NCBI GenBank assembly: GCA_051362555.1
Contig: CM120649.1
Coordinates: 7,936,001 to 8,000,000, forward strand
From: Lingula anatina
Lineage: Eukaryota; Animalia; Brachiopoda
Length of the DNA: 64,000 bases
Direction: 5' to 3'
In this document: one piece after another, positions 1-12,798 of the stretch
How positions within the stretch are numbered: position 1 is the first letter of the stretch
Layout of the letters: every line of letters starts with the position of its first letter
Notes under the pieces: generated by a model
What the model was told of the DNA's origin: nothing
Databases searched by the model: none
The model's input: only the letters and a program-made list of their open reading frames with translations
Translations under genes and position numbers: made by a program

Positions 1-531
1 GTAAAATTTTCATGTTTCTAGGAAGGGGGAGGGGAGATTTCTAAGAAAACTTTGAAGTTTTGATGGCGGAAGGTGGATTTTGATTGACTCTCCCCCTAGA
101 AAATAACATTAATTTGAAGTTTCCGTAGGGCATGTACATGACCACCACTTTTGTGGAACCCATAAGTACTATAAATCCAGAACTTTATAAATAGACCCAG
201 ATTTATGGCCAGTGCAATCCAATATCTGGGTGGTTTACCAATTGAAAATTAAAGTTTAAAACTGAAAAAATTAAAGGTAATGAAAACTGGCCTTTGTAAT
301 GCAGGACATGACAAAAAACTATTCTCAGACACTTGCAGCGTGGATTAAGGTCTGGGGGGGGGGGGGGTGAGGGGAGATCAAAATTTAAAAATAATGGGGT
401 TGGGAGCTTTCCATTTATAGATCATTTGAAATAGTGTGTTGCTGTGTGTATTAGGGGTGGGTGGGTGGGTGACGTAACAGAAGTTTAATTGTCCCACTCA
501 AAAACGACATTTTTCAAACAGTGAGTGCTTG

Positions 532-532
<1 letters not shown>

Positions 533-590
<58 letters not shown>
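533..590. repeat. (TA)n microsatellite
   Basis: Uninterrupted TA dinucleotide run. Confidence 0.95.
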
Positions 591-593
<3 letters not shown>

Positions 594-1288
594 CCAAGGC
601 TGGAAGTAGGGCCTATACCCCGGTACATGTATAGGTGAGAGACTGGAAGTTGGGCCTATATATGTGACAGATTGGAAACAGGGCCTATGTTCCCCACTGC
701 CACAATAAAAATAAGCGAGATCGACACTAGGAATTTTATAAGCTCCCAACAGACCAGTCAGAATGATAAATACGGGTAGACAACATCGGAAATTCCCAAA
801 AGAAAGGGAAGTTTAGCAGGTTTGGGCCAAGAATAGGGCACGAAACATTTTGAAGGCGGGAAGAAACCTATAATATTAAAGGGATAATAACTGTTCGTTT
901 TGTCCAAAAATGAATTTTCCCGGAGTAAACAACAATTTTCCCATACTAACCAATGGTTAACAGATCCATTTCTTCATTCAAAGTTAATCCCTGATTTTTT
1001 TCTAAAAAGTTTGGTTTTATGTTATAATCTCTTAAGAGATTATTACAGAGTATAGCCATCATTGGACGTCACGTGGTCTGATGACAAGCACAGATATCAG
1101 AATAATAGCTATAACTGCCGTTTTTGTGGTAAAACAGAATATATAATGTTTCTATGAGTTGTTTACAATGTTTTTATTTTGAAATATAGATCTTATACGA
1201 AGATTTATTAACCCTTTATAAGACCAACGATGTTTCAATAAAAAAAGTATAGTTAATTGGGGGAGTGGGGACCTTGGCAAGATAACCG

Positions 1289-1710
1289 TTGCGTATCAGT
1301 GAATATGAGATGTCTAAAAATGCAAAAAGAGACATCGGAGGTCACGATGACCTTTCCTACTGTACTTTATATTCAGATACTAACAAAATGCTAAAATCTT
1401 TGATTAAAAAAAATACTGGGATTATTAATGAAATGGAAGGAAAAGTGTGCGATCTTCAAAAAGAATTTTCAGAGAAATTCAAGAATCTTAAGTAATAGCG
1501 GGCAACAGACAAAAAAGAATCTAGGAGAAAACGATCTGTGGAAAGAACATTGTGAAGATCCGAAATAATTGAAGAAGATGAAAGACAGAAAACACTTTTA
1601 GCATGAAGTTGTGGAAAAAAGAAACCAGAAGCTGTTAAGTTTTACACAGGGTTTGCTACTCATCAAGAATTCAAGAACTTTCATGACTTCTTATATCCAG
1701 ACGTTACTGA
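1289..1710 (+). mobile_element. Degenerate THAP/DDE (ISL2EU-like) transposase fragment
   Basis: Broken frames. 1621-1703 reads KPEAVKFYTGFATHQEFKNFHDFLYPD, resembling the 'V.FYTG...F..F.FL' segment that precedes the HTH/DDE region of ISL2EU/THAP transposases. A coiled-coil-like ORF lies upstream. Confidence 0.4.
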
Positions 1711-1724
1711 TGGGTACTCAGTAC

Positions 1725-1993
1725 CAGTGGCGGATTTAGAGGGGGGTCAGGGGGGTCCTGACCCCCCTTCAGTCTCTGAAAAAAAAACACAAATTTTCCC
1801 CTCTTGGAATATTAGTATTAGACTTGCTGATTTATAGTTCTAATTCGCACCAAAAGGCTTCGTTCGCCCTCTAAAATACCAAAAATTTTCGGGGCCCTTC
1901 ACCGAACACCAAACCAAAGGAAGGGTGGGAAAGGGGGGTCAGATTGGCCTCGAATCTGCGCCCCCCCTTCAAATATTCCTGGATCCGCCCCTG
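1725..1993. mobile_element. hAT-like MITE
   Basis: TIRs CAGTGGCGGAT...ATCCGCCCCTG with G/C-run subterminal tracts. Flanks AGTAC/TGTAC form a 5-bp TSD with one mismatch. Confidence 0.7.
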
Positions 1994-2065
1994 TGTACTA
2001 GTACTACCGGGGTTCAATTACCAACACTAAGAGGAAAATACACTAGGTGTATCGAAACTGAGGAT

Positions 2066-2187
2066 CCGTGTAGCAGAAAGTCTGCCCTCCAATTAGTTAT
2101 AATTGTTAGGGTGAGCTAAGTGGGTCAAAATCTTGGGCGAGGTTTACCTGTACAATACAAATGATGGAAGCGAACTCTCTATCACGG
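2066..2187. repeat. Short dispersed repeat (about 120 bp), related to 32326-32451 in opposite orientation
   Basis: The reverse complement aligns by eye with 32326-32451. A more diverged relative lies at about 3680-3810. Confidence 0.55.
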
Positions 2188-3829
2188 GGGAATCTCTGTC
2201 ACGATACAGCGACTCAGAATTCATGGTGAACGCGTTGTCGAAAAAAAAAAACATTATTTATTGAATTATGTATTTCTGAACTCAATGGCAAGTGAATTGT
2301 ACAAGATAAAGGCCATTTTTTTTTTTTCATGCATAAAAGAGATTTTGTCTGATTAAGTTGCAGAATGAAAACTGTCAGTATCTTGGCCAGAATGGGGACA
2401 ATGATACCTGAGGAAACCAGGATATCTGAAGCTCAAGTAACAAGAATAAATGTTCATATATTATTACATTTATTGTCACAGTTAAACTGTTCCATTACAA
2501 AAAAATATATATATAATTAATCTAGCCAGATATATGATAAGTAATAAAATATGTGAAGTATTAAAAAATGGAAATGTCTTTTTTCTCTAGATCTCTTTTA
2601 AGAGGTACATAGATAACACTTTATCTGAGAATTTCATTTCTATGATTGAATACGATAAAAAAAAATACACCTGAAATCATTAAAACATCAATTGGTTTGC
2701 AGCATTTCTATAATTTCGCATTGATCTGGCGGATTTTGTTTCAATCTGACAGAATTTTCAAACTTGTCAGACCAAATGGCATTTTTACCGTCGTAAAGTC
2801 TGTTTATGTACTAGCGTACGTCAGGGTGAACAGGCAGGTGTCGGAATTACTTGTCCCACCTAATTAACACATAACATTAGAAGGTGTTGGTTACAGAGGA
2901 AAGACCGTAGTTTTGGCTCACCTTACCGAACAACTGAAGTAACAACTGGTGAGTTATAAGGTACCAAATCAGTTATCCAACGAGCAGTCTGCGTGTCAGT
3001 TTTACCTGCTCTAAACTGTTAATAAGTCATATATATCTGAAGGCGCAATGGCATCTAGATACCAGTCCGTGCCGTGGGCCCTTTGTCCTACGTCGCTCCC
3101 ACTAAAAATTTGTTTGGACCCGTAATGTTTTTCACATTAGTTTTCAAAAGGTATTTGATTTAATTGATTTAATTAATTTTTCTCTGAAATCTTAAATGTA
3201 CCCGGTACATGTAGTTTAACTTTTACATGACGATTCTTAATAAACCTAAAAAAAAATAATAATAAATTAAAAAATAAAACGTTTGACAAAGGTCAAGGTC
3301 TTGTTATTTCTATGCATGTCCATTCTTATTGCCAATTTTTTCTTTCGGACCAATATGAGCCCTGTTTTGGACAAGTGGACTTTAGGAAAGAGGTAATCCG
3401 AAAGGCCATTCAGCTGAAAAGGTGAAAATGGCACCGACTGAGACACGTACAGTGTAGGGCTGGCTATTGGTAGACGATGCGAAAATACTCGGTAAAAACG
3501 TAAAAATATATATAGAAAACAGATTGGTAGACGAATAATAACGCAGTATTCGATTATGCAGCAGCCCTTTTGGGGTTTTTATACCCTTTGGGAAGACACC
3601 ACACTGTATATATCCTCTGCCTCCCCCCCCCCCCCCCTTCTTAATTTCCACCTTTCACATGCAAAGTGGTAGTCTTAGGAACGGAAGTCCGGGCTCCCAT
3701 ATAATAAGCACAGTTTAGGGTTGGTCGGAGTATTGGGGTAAGTAAATGGGATGAATGTCACCTGTACAAAATATTGGGGAGCGGACTACGATTCCTTCCA
3801 CTTCTGTCACACCGCGCTTTTAGGGAGCG

Positions 3830-3944
3830 TTACTTCAGACCGGAAGTTAGGAGCTGCATTCAAAATAACAGCTGCTCCCTTACCCAGGTTTCATTGCACA
3901 TGGCGGACCCATGTGTTACATGACAGTGTGAAGAAGAGATATAT
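3830..3944 (+). promoter_or_regulatory. Candidate promoter / non-coding first exon of TMEM126
   Basis: ETS-type CCGGAAGT at about 3840 and a strong donor GTAAGT at 3945. A matching acceptor (tttcag, 6651-6656) precedes the ATG-containing exon. Inferred, no transcript evidence. Confidence 0.35.
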
Positions 3945-4834
3945 GTAAGTTTAATTTTGTATGGGTTGATGTTTAGCTTAAACATATTGCTTTTGTAAAT
4001 TGGAACTTAAGAATGTGCTACCTGCTGATAAAATCTAGGCATAAGAAGAGTATATATGACCTACAATCGTCACCATGTAATTTAGAAAAGATATTTGTCG
4101 AAAAGCAGACTTATATGTGCTAGTTATGCAAGCTATACAAGTGACAGTGCCAATAATCCGAAACAGGATTGGGTCATAACATATGTGATTACACGCTCAG
4201 GTAATTCAAAACCGCTGCAAAACAGACTGTTATGTCTGTGTTCCACATTTTTAGTGTCATTTTTGGCTAAGAATTAAAAAGTTCAAAATACATAGCAATG
4301 TTTGGAAACACAAAATTGTTTGTTATAATAGAAGAGTATTGTCATGTTTTTTTTTGTTTTTTTTTTTTGTCATATCAGGGATCATTTAGGGCACACACAC
4401 TAGAGAAAAACAAAAATTGTTCTTCGTCCTTTCCTTCAGACACATGTCAGCGAAACCACAGCTTGCGTGTAGATTCCTTTCTCCATTCAGTTTGATCTCA
4501 GGGACTTAGCATCAAGAGTGGAGATTTCCACTGATGATGTAATGACCCATTCACACAGAAATTAAATGAGACTACTTTTTTGGTGTGTTACTCGTCAAAA
4601 ACGACTTCATGTCGCCTCTGTCGATTCAGGAACACAACATGCTTTCACAACTCTGTGAAATTGACTGTATTCTTTTCAAAATTTTTTATTTTTGTTAAAT
4701 CTTACAATTTCCTAAATTAATGGATATAAAACAAAATACAATGAGTATTCTAAAATGAAAGCGTGCATATCATGCCGCTCTGTTGTCTGTGTCCCAGTGT
4801 TGTTACCCAGTATTGTGGATGTGCATATATATAT

Positions 4835-6140
4835 CAGACTTTACGAAAGGCCAAAAAATCTGTCAGACATTCGGTCTGACAAGCCTGAAAATTTTGTCAG
4901 ACCGAAACAAAATCTGTCAGACCGAAGTAAAAAAATAGAAATATAAACCATTATTCGTGTTTTCATGTGTTTTTTCTAATGTTTTAAATCATTGACATTA
5001 AATCAAATATCAATTTTTTGATATATATTTATTTGTAGAAAAGTAAAAAAAAAAAAAAAAAAAAAAATAGGCAAAAAATTACTTGCAAGACAAGTTTTTT
5101 ATTTAATGAAAAAGATGCTGTGGAATGACACAAGGACTTAAAACATTACAAGTATGAAGAATGTGTAGCTAGTAATATCAAATGTATGTCCATAAAAACG
5201 TCTGTTAATCAAATAACCATTTTACACGTTGATTTGGCAATAACATATGCATTTTGAAACAGCACAGTAAGACAGTCTCTTTCATCCAATTGAAGCTTTG
5301 ACAGAGACTGTCCAGTCCGAGTCTAAGTTCCTTCTTCATTTTATTTCTTTTTTTTTTATAAAAAGAAACTCAAACTGCGAGCTTTCATCAAGTTCATGTG
5401 CACTTTCTCCAACTCGTGATGAACGGTACATGCAAATACGTATACATATGTTCCATAACTTAAGAACCCGTAATAAAGCTGTAACATTTATGTTGCTATT
5501 GATCAAAATGATAACTTTAGTACTCCCGACGCTCGGCACACACTATTTTCCTCTCCTACAGATCATAAGTCCTCCAGGGCCTACCTTCTTTCCAATTTTA
5601 TTAAACTTCGTTTCTCTTCCTCACTTCGTTTTCATTTTTGCCACGCTTTGCACCAACGAAATGTTTAAAGTTCAACAACGTCATTTTCTAAGCAAAAGGC
5701 TTATCCATGAGTACTGTGTACGACTGATAATGAAGAAACAGAGGATCAAGTCTGTAAAAACGCAAATAGCACGAGCACATGTGTTGCGGCCATTTTGTTG
5801 TGTAGGGTATTACGACAACGAAAACGAGACTGTGCATTACATCATTCAGGAATTCCCCAACCTCAGCCAGTCACAAAATAGTATTTGTGAGTGAAACTGA
5901 GGTTAATAAATTATGTATAATTAGCTGGGAACTCCCCAAGATTTTCACCCCGTCTCTCTTTTCGAATGAAGTAAAATATATCGTCCAGAAAAGAAACAAC
6001 AACGTATTCCTTATATTAACACATGCCCAGCCAGTTTGAAAACTCGCCGGACATAAGGTCCGACGATACAGGATTTTTTATCGGACCGAGACGAAATTTG
6101 CCAGGCATGTCCGACGGTCCGACGCCTTTCGTAAAGTCTG
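4835..6140 (-). mobile_element. Non-autonomous hAT DNA transposon
   Basis: TIRs CAGACTTTACGAAAGG / CCTTTCGTAAAGTCTG and subterminal TCTGAC/TCCGAC repeats. Flanked by ATATATAT on both sides (8-bp TSD inside a TA run). The minus strand has decayed TTF-zinc-finger-like peptides (WKEGRPW..YD). Confidence 0.8.
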
Positions 6141-6152
6141 ATATATATATAT

Positions 6153-6598
6153 TGTAACGAACCGGGGTCCACCGCTGATGTTCTTGAAGTTTTCCGATTC
6201 CAATCCTGTTTTCATCCTGCCATAATCCATGATTCCGCATCCATAGAAAGACGCGTTGCGTTGCGTTCCGTTGAAGTCGCTGCGCCGTCCCCAGGTGCAA
6301 GATGTTGTCGCCATCTGTCCTGGGCGTCGTCATGGTTAGATATCGCCGTATGCCGCGCTACCTTCCGATTTGAATTGACTTTATAACAAATAATAAGGCT
6401 TGAGCCACTATGTATCTCCCGAGAAAGGGGTTTTATTGCATTCATTTTTTTTTAGGTTTAAAAATAATAATTTTTGAAACGCAACCACATGTCTTTGTTA
6501 TTCTTTCGAAGGACTGGGATATACTTTCCCTGATGAAACATATGATTCCCACGTTGCGTCCGGGGTCGTGCGCCGACGCGGCGACCCCGCGCGTTACA
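6153..6598 (-). mobile_element. Solo LTR (446 bp) inserted in an (AT)n tract
   Basis: Termini TGTAACG...CGTTACA with ATAT(AT) on both sides. AATAAA on the minus strand at about 6432. No internal coding sequence. Confidence 0.7.
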
Positions 6599-6688
6599 AT
6601 ATATATATATATATATATATTTTTTTTTTTTTCCTGCATTGCTTTCTGAATTTCAGAAGCCAGGTAGTGAGCACAGGAAAATAGCAGC

Positions 6689-8781
6689 ATGGAAAAAGAC
6701 GTGACAAAGACGCCTGGGGTAATGGTCAAATATCCTATAGGGAAGGCCCCAGAGGGCGCCATACTTCTCTCAGACAAACAGCGCTTGGCTTTATTCTACA
6801 AGAAGATCAGTGAATCTAATGGAATTGAGTTGTAAGTATTTTTACTAGGTAGGCCATATTTTGTCTAATAGTTACTTGATATACTTAATCTTTTTAGTGG
6901 GGGGGGGGGGGGGGGGGGGCTGTGAATTTAATAAGCTGCAGCACTGTATTTTTTAATTTCATAATTTCCTAAAGTTACAAGATTCTTATTAGTTGTGACT
7001 TTAAAAGGCAAGCTATTCTATAGTCCTATTCTATGCAGCAAAAGCACCACAAAGGATATAGAGAAATGTAACTGTTGTGATTATAAAATTATGTACCTGG
7101 AAGTTTGGCCACTTTTGTCCATTGTAAAGATCTAGTCATAACTGTAGTAGTATTTTAGCCATTGCTCCACCGAGGCAGGCCTTTGATTGCTACACACACA
7201 CTCACATACTCTATCCTACTTCTCCCTATAAAATACTCTCACCAACCTTATTTCTCCACAACTCACACATCCTTTCCTTCAACACTTGAATGCGCTTACT
7301 AGTACTCCTGCCGGTGGTATAATATCATGAGACTTTATCACCTGTCTGATCTTTTTCATTTTGTAATTTCTGCTATCTCCTACAACATTAGATTGAAGAA
7401 GTTCAAACTTTGGTGATTGAGAGACTTATCATCAGGGATATACTGTACATGGGCACTTTGGAATTTTAGTACAATGGGGGATTGACAAGCCTTTTTTTAC
7501 ATAAACAGACATGAGCTTTTTCTGCTGAAAAGCAGAATTCCATGTTTTTTAATTCAATTCTGAGATTCGTCAAGGTTAGGTGTTGGGTCCCATGATAAAT
7601 GTTCAGAGGATTTTTTTAAACCTAGGGTCATATCTGCATAAAGCATTTTAACACCTATGATTACACTTATGCTGTTATAATGAAGATTATTTGTAACAAG
7701 TTTACATGTAAGACCCAGGCATTGTCATCATGGGCGTCCGCAGAAAATTTTCCAGGGGGGGGGGGGTCGAAATCATTAAAGGGTGAGATAATGATTTGCT
7801 GGTAACCTGCAATTAATGTGCCTGCCAAAATTCCAGGGGGGTCAAGTGACTCCGTTGATTCCCCCTGCAGACGCCCATGATTGTCATAGAGCACATTCCT
7901 AGAGATTTAGATCGATCCAACTAGATCGACCCAACTCCCTGGGGGTTCATGCTAAATTGCTGTCAGCTGACCACGTACAGAAGTTAATTACCCCCTTACA
8001 GCTTTAAGTAGACATTTAAGCTGGCTAAGCTGACAGTAATCTAGTGAGACTCCCCACGGGACAGATCGATCTAAAATCTGTGGGAATGGGGTCCCTAGGG
8101 GTGAGCTACTCTTTACAAGGTAAGGAAGTGCAGGTATATTTGCGATGGCTAAACATCAACACTTTTTAATTATCCTGAACTTCACTTATTAAAAACGAAC
8201 TTTTTAATTATTTGATACTTTGATCTTAGATATTTAACCTTATCTTGACCTTTCTTTTCAGGTGGCCTTATAAATATGGTCCACTTGGTTTGTCAGTGGC
8301 AGTCCTGGCCTCCGCATCTGGTATTAATAATCTTATGCGCCGATTTCATATGTTGGGGCGCAAAAATGGACTTTTTCCTGCTGCATTCACGGTTGTGGCA
8401 GCACCAGCAATTGCATGTGCTGTGTTTCAGTCCTATTGGGTCGCTGAATATATGATCATGAGCGATGAGCCGTGTTCCACATGCTTCATGATGCGGTCAA
8501 GTTTGATCCAACTGACCACAGGGGTTGCTTATCCAGTGGTCGGGGGCTCGCTGACCAACATGTGCCTGGCGTATTTTTACCAGACACGCGGCGTGCCACC
8601 TCTGACCCAGCCAAAAAGCGTGATGAACTTTCTCTGGACTGGGTATAAGCCATACACAGGGCTCCTGACGGGAATGGTGGCAGTAAACTTAGGGCTGGCA
8701 CTGTTTGTGACATATTCCCAGTTAGCATCTCGCGGTGTGCTCTATAAAGGACTCGTCATGAGAGCAACTGAAGAACTGTAA
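6689..8781 (+). CDS. TMEM126: TMEM126-family mitochondrial inner-membrane protein (complex I assembly factor family); CDS join(6689..6831,8262..8781), 220 aa
   Basis: Exon MEKDVTK...SNGIE ends at phase-2 donor TT|GTAAGT and joins in frame to ttttcag|G TGG CCT. Exon 2 has the family pattern C-x2-C-x3-R-x4-Q-x3-G-x2-YP...LAYFYQT..VP and several hydrophobic helices. Confidence 0.85.
7729..7879. mobile_element. hAT MITE in TMEM126 intron
   Basis: TIRs CATGGGCGTC / GACGCCCATG with a perfect 8-bp TSD ATTGTCAT. Confidence 0.85.
7889..8095. mobile_element. Palindromic PIF/Harbinger-type MITE (GATCGATC family)
   Basis: Ends ...GATCGATC...GGGAATGGGGTCCC and has internal inverted symmetry. Same family as 11195, 12631, 25391, 49123 and 62709. 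Confidence 0.7.
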
Positions 8782-9885
8782 ATATAGGAAATGATGTTTT
8801 GAAATATTATTTATCCAATAATTTTGTTTGCTTTGTTGTTCATTCCTTTTTATTTGTTATTTTTTGTTTTATTGATTGATTCACTTTTGGAAGTGTGACT
8901 GTTTGAGGAATATTTGAAATAGTAATTGTCACAAAACACTATGAAATGTAATTCTTTGTTTCCTCCTCAGTAAATGTGGTATTGAGCATTAAAGAAAAAA
9001 CTCTTCAGGAGTGATCAAATCACAGTATAAACAGAGCCCATTGAAGTGGTTCAATTATATGAATATTAGTTTAGCCCCTGGCCAACAAATTTGAGTTTGT
9101 TATCCAACTTGTAATAAAATTATTCAGAAAAGTTAAAACATTGTTTTGGTAATATAATAATTTCTTTTTTTGTGCAACTTTCATGAGAATTTGCAGCTTT
9201 GTTAGCTTTATGTTCTTGTACTCATCTTGTTTCAACACGGATATAAATTCTGGACATGGATATAATTTTAATTCAAATAAATGCATATAGATCAACAAAC
9301 CATAACTCTATTTTTGCTTACACTTGACCTGTCTAAGAAGGCAAGCAGTGAGCATTAGATCTTTAAATGGCATCTATTATCTTAAAAATGAGTATTCTAA
9401 AATTATTTTCTTGGTAATTTCAACACTTTTCATTTGTCAGGTGAAGCATACAAAAAAAATCCTATGTGGTTTGTTTACAAATGATCACATGACGGCTGTA
9501 TACCATTTCTAATCGTCTTTTTTTATCCCATATACCATATTTAACATTTAAGGTTAAGAAAATCCGAAATACTGGTGATGATATCCATATCTTATGCCAC
9601 TAATTTAAATCAAGCACCTCCTGAGAGATGATTTTCCAGTGATTTCTACAGAAACCAAAAAGGTCAAAACTGAAGACGTGCCACAGAATGTTACGTCACA
9701 TTTATACGCAATTAGCACCAGAATGCATTTAAAAGTCATGTGTCTATTAGCGTTTGTCTTTACAGCATGCTCCAATTATAATTTATGCAATACATACTCT
9801 ACTTTAAACGGCCTACATCTGTCATGTGATCATTTGCAGGAAAAAAACGGAACTAAAGTTTAGACAACCTTTTTGACCCAGAGCG

Positions 9886-10260
9886 TCTGTACAGTGTTAC
9901 ATACAGTGCAACCTATGTCACAACCTAGCTTTACTATCACAATCATTTTAAATCTATGTACAGTGTTACATGCAGTGCAGCCTATATCTTCACTATCACA
10001 GTCTCTGCATATCTACCCTCTACCAGGGCGACTGATAGATTTTTACGGATATCCACAGATATGTCTCTGGCTAGATAGATTGTCATTTTAACTCTAAGTC
10101 TTAGAGTTAAAATGACAATCTATCTAGCTAGAGACATATCTGTGAATATCCGTAAAATCTATCAGTCGCCCTGGTAGAGGGTACTGCATATCTTTGTACA
10201 GTGTTACGTGCAGTGTGACCTATGTCACAACCAATCTTCACTATCACAATCATTGCATAT
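9886..10260. repeat. About 70-bp minisatellite (3 units) interrupted by a fold-back element
   Basis: Recurring TGTACAGTGTTAC.TGCAGTG..CCTAT...TTCACTATCACA units at about 9888, 9957 and 10195. Confidence 0.75.
10014..10183. mobile_element. Mutator-like (MULE) fold-back MITE
   Basis: Near-perfect 170-bp palindrome TACCCTCTACC...GGTAGAGGGTA with a perfect 9-bp TSD CTGCATATC. Confidence 0.8.
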
Positions 10261-10399
10261 TATGTCGCTGATTCAGGTACCGTCACAATATCAACAGTCG
10301 TTTTTTTCCTTGATGTTATTGTATAATTTGATCCTTATATGAGGACGTAGATCAGTCTGACTGAGCTGCCTGTCAGTGGAATTCTCCGAGCAGTTCCTC

Positions 10400-10710
10400 A
10401 CATTCATCCATCCTTCCATGTGTGCCATCTCTTCCGAGGTTGACGTTCCATCTTAATTCTCCTGTTCTTAGCTTCATTCGTGCATTCTTCCATTGGTTTA
10501 CTTGTCCATCTTTTGATGTCATCCATCTATGTTAGTTGTTGTCTCCCTCTCCTACGTGTCCCTTCGGCCTTTCCCTCTAGGACACGTTTACAGTTGGTTT
10601 CATGTCTGGCTACTTGACATAAGTAGGCCTATTGCAGTTTCTGCACTGTATGTATGTCAATAAACTTGGTGTGACAGACAATCGCCAACACACTTCTTCA
10701 TTCCTCGCAT
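10400..10710 (-). mobile_element. RTE-clade LINE 3' fragment
   Basis: The minus strand reads CKRVLEGKAEGTRRRGRQQLT*MDDIKRWT..MEEC, the typical RTE ORF C-terminus, with stops. Confidence 0.75.
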
Positions 10711-10950
10711 CGGAGGTGGTTACATATTTATCAATTGACTGATTTGACAAAGATTAACATTGGCCAGCCGTGGCACTGGGCCTCACAGGGATATAATTAC
10801 TCTAGGGAGCGCCCCGACGAACTGCATTGGTAAAAGGTTAATATTCGAAAAATAATAGTAAAGCTGCTATGTCTGTGTCCACCCTCTCCCTCAAAACAAA
10901 TAAAATAAAATAAGAATAAATAAAAATAAATAAAATAAATAAATAAATAA

Positions 10951-11009
<59 letters not shown>
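10951..11009. repeat. (AAT)n microsatellite with flanking AAAT repeats
   Basis: Direct reading. Confidence 0.9.
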
Positions 11010-11016
<7 letters not shown>

Positions 11017-11194
11017 AATAAAAATTATTTTTAATTTTTGTTCTCAGTTTCATGACAATAAGACAGTGGGATCACTGATATCAAAGCTTTTTTTTAAATT
11101 TGCTACAGATATTTTATCCTGTATTAAGTCATGCGCATTGATGTCACCGTTCAGAAAAACGCTTGTGTTTACCATGTTATTTCTGCGTGTATAA

Positions 11195-11446
11195 GGGACC
11201 ATTCCCAGACTATCGTACTACTGTGGATCGATCTATCCCCCCAGAGGATTCTGGCTTAATTGCAATCAACTTGAGAGGCTTAGATGACTGTCAGTGAGAC
11301 TGCTTTAGGGGGTAATTAATTATCGTTAAGTAGCTTCAGTAGGTGTTCTTGACATCTAAGCTGCTTAAGCTGAAAGCAATTTAGCGAGAAACCCTCGGAG
11401 ATGGATCGATCCTGTTAGATCGATCTAGGTATGGGAATGGGTTCCC
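11195..11446. mobile_element. PIF/Harbinger-type MITE in promoter of lectin copy 1
   Basis: TAA|GGGACCATTCCCA...TGGGAATGGGTTCCC with GATCGATC subterminal motifs. Confidence 0.75.
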
Positions 11447-11566
11447 AATCTAAAACCCAGGTTGCAATTGTCATTCAAGGTTGACGGTTTATGCTCGACG
11501 AGTTGTCAAAAGGTCAAAAACGACTGTTTTACCTTATAAGGGCACAACTTTCTATGTTACGTTTAC

Positions 11567-11598
11567 GTCACGTGACAGGACACCTCGTAACTATAAAA
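11567..11598 (+). promoter_or_regulatory. Lectin core promoter: palindromic E-box GTCACGTGAC + TATA box
   Basis: GTCACGTGAC at 11567-11576 and TATAAAA at 11592-11598, about 55 nt before the ATG. The same module precedes copies 3-7 and is degraded in copy 2. Confidence 0.7.
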
Positions 11599-12798
11599 AC
11601 TCCGCCGCCAGCGACACGCCGCGCTTGTAAACGTGTCTCACTTCGTGAAAATGTCTGTGCTACCGATGTGTCTCTTGGCAACATTTTTATCGCTCTTGGG
11701 CAATTTTGTCCAGTCAGCGGATGGCCTACGAGTCCTTTCCCTAACAAACGGCACCAGCGATGTACAATCAAAGGTGGATGCCATTAGAGTCAAGACTTTA
11801 GAACTGAACGAGCTCCTTTCGTCTGTGCAAAAAAGTCTTGATTCTTGCCTTGATGCAACGACAACAGGTTAGTAACTCTAATCTTACATTTCAACGTTTT
11901 CTTCTGGTAAATATACATATACCTTTTTTTAAAAATATATTTTAAGGTATTTTGGGTTATTTTTAACAGAATATCTGCCTACAAAACCTTGACATATGGA
12001 GCATAAATGCAGCACATAAACATGAATAGAATGTAATTAGATTAACTTATTTCATTCGTCAAATTATTATTTTCCGGATATCACGTCCACAGTTTGCGAA
12101 ACCATTCTCTGTAATCTCTCCAACCGTTTCCGGCACCAGCAAAATAAAGCTTTTATCTCTGATGGGGAATCCCAGAAAAAACTAAGTAGGGGTTTGAGCT
12201 GAATGTATCATTAAATATTCCTTTTAGTTTGATGGAAAATAGGCAAGCAGCTTAATTGAAATTAATAAATGTTACTTTAAAAAAAACAGAAATTAGATTT
12301 GTAGTTTATTTAATTTTGTTTTCTTTGCAGACAGTACACACACTTCTGTGAATCTTTTTCGGATTCTTGTCTCTATAATTTTTAACAGATATCCAGTGTG
12401 CGTCTGGCTTTGAGAAGTTCCAACGCTCGTGCTACAAGTTTGTGAGAGAGGAGAAGACGTGGCAGCAGGCACAAAATGACTGTCGTACCATGGGGGCGCA
12501 CCTGGTGTCCATTAAGTCTTGGGAAGAACAGAAGTTCATCCTGGACCACATTGCCGCACACAAAGGTGACAGACGCTACCTCAGTATTATAAGTTTATAA
12601 AGAGACAGAATGTCTGTAAGTTACATCTATGACTGGGTTTTCATACATAGATCGATCCACCTGGATCAATCTAACTCCCTGGGGAGTCTCACTAAATTCT
12701 TATCAACTAACCGGCTTAAATGTCTGTCACGCCTACCAAATCAGCTAGGGGGTATATTTAGATAATTACCCCCTAACAGCTTTACTAGGGTGACAGGC

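Noticed and set aside
2915-3060. Possible first exon of a divergent minus-strand gene (GTAAG/GTGAG donors at about 2917-2926)
   Set aside because: No downstream coding exon could be identified in 1-2900; a donor-like motif alone is insufficient.
5298-5894. 198-aa ORF on the + strand
   Set aside because: Lies inside a hAT element, antisense to its decayed transposase; no recognisable protein features.
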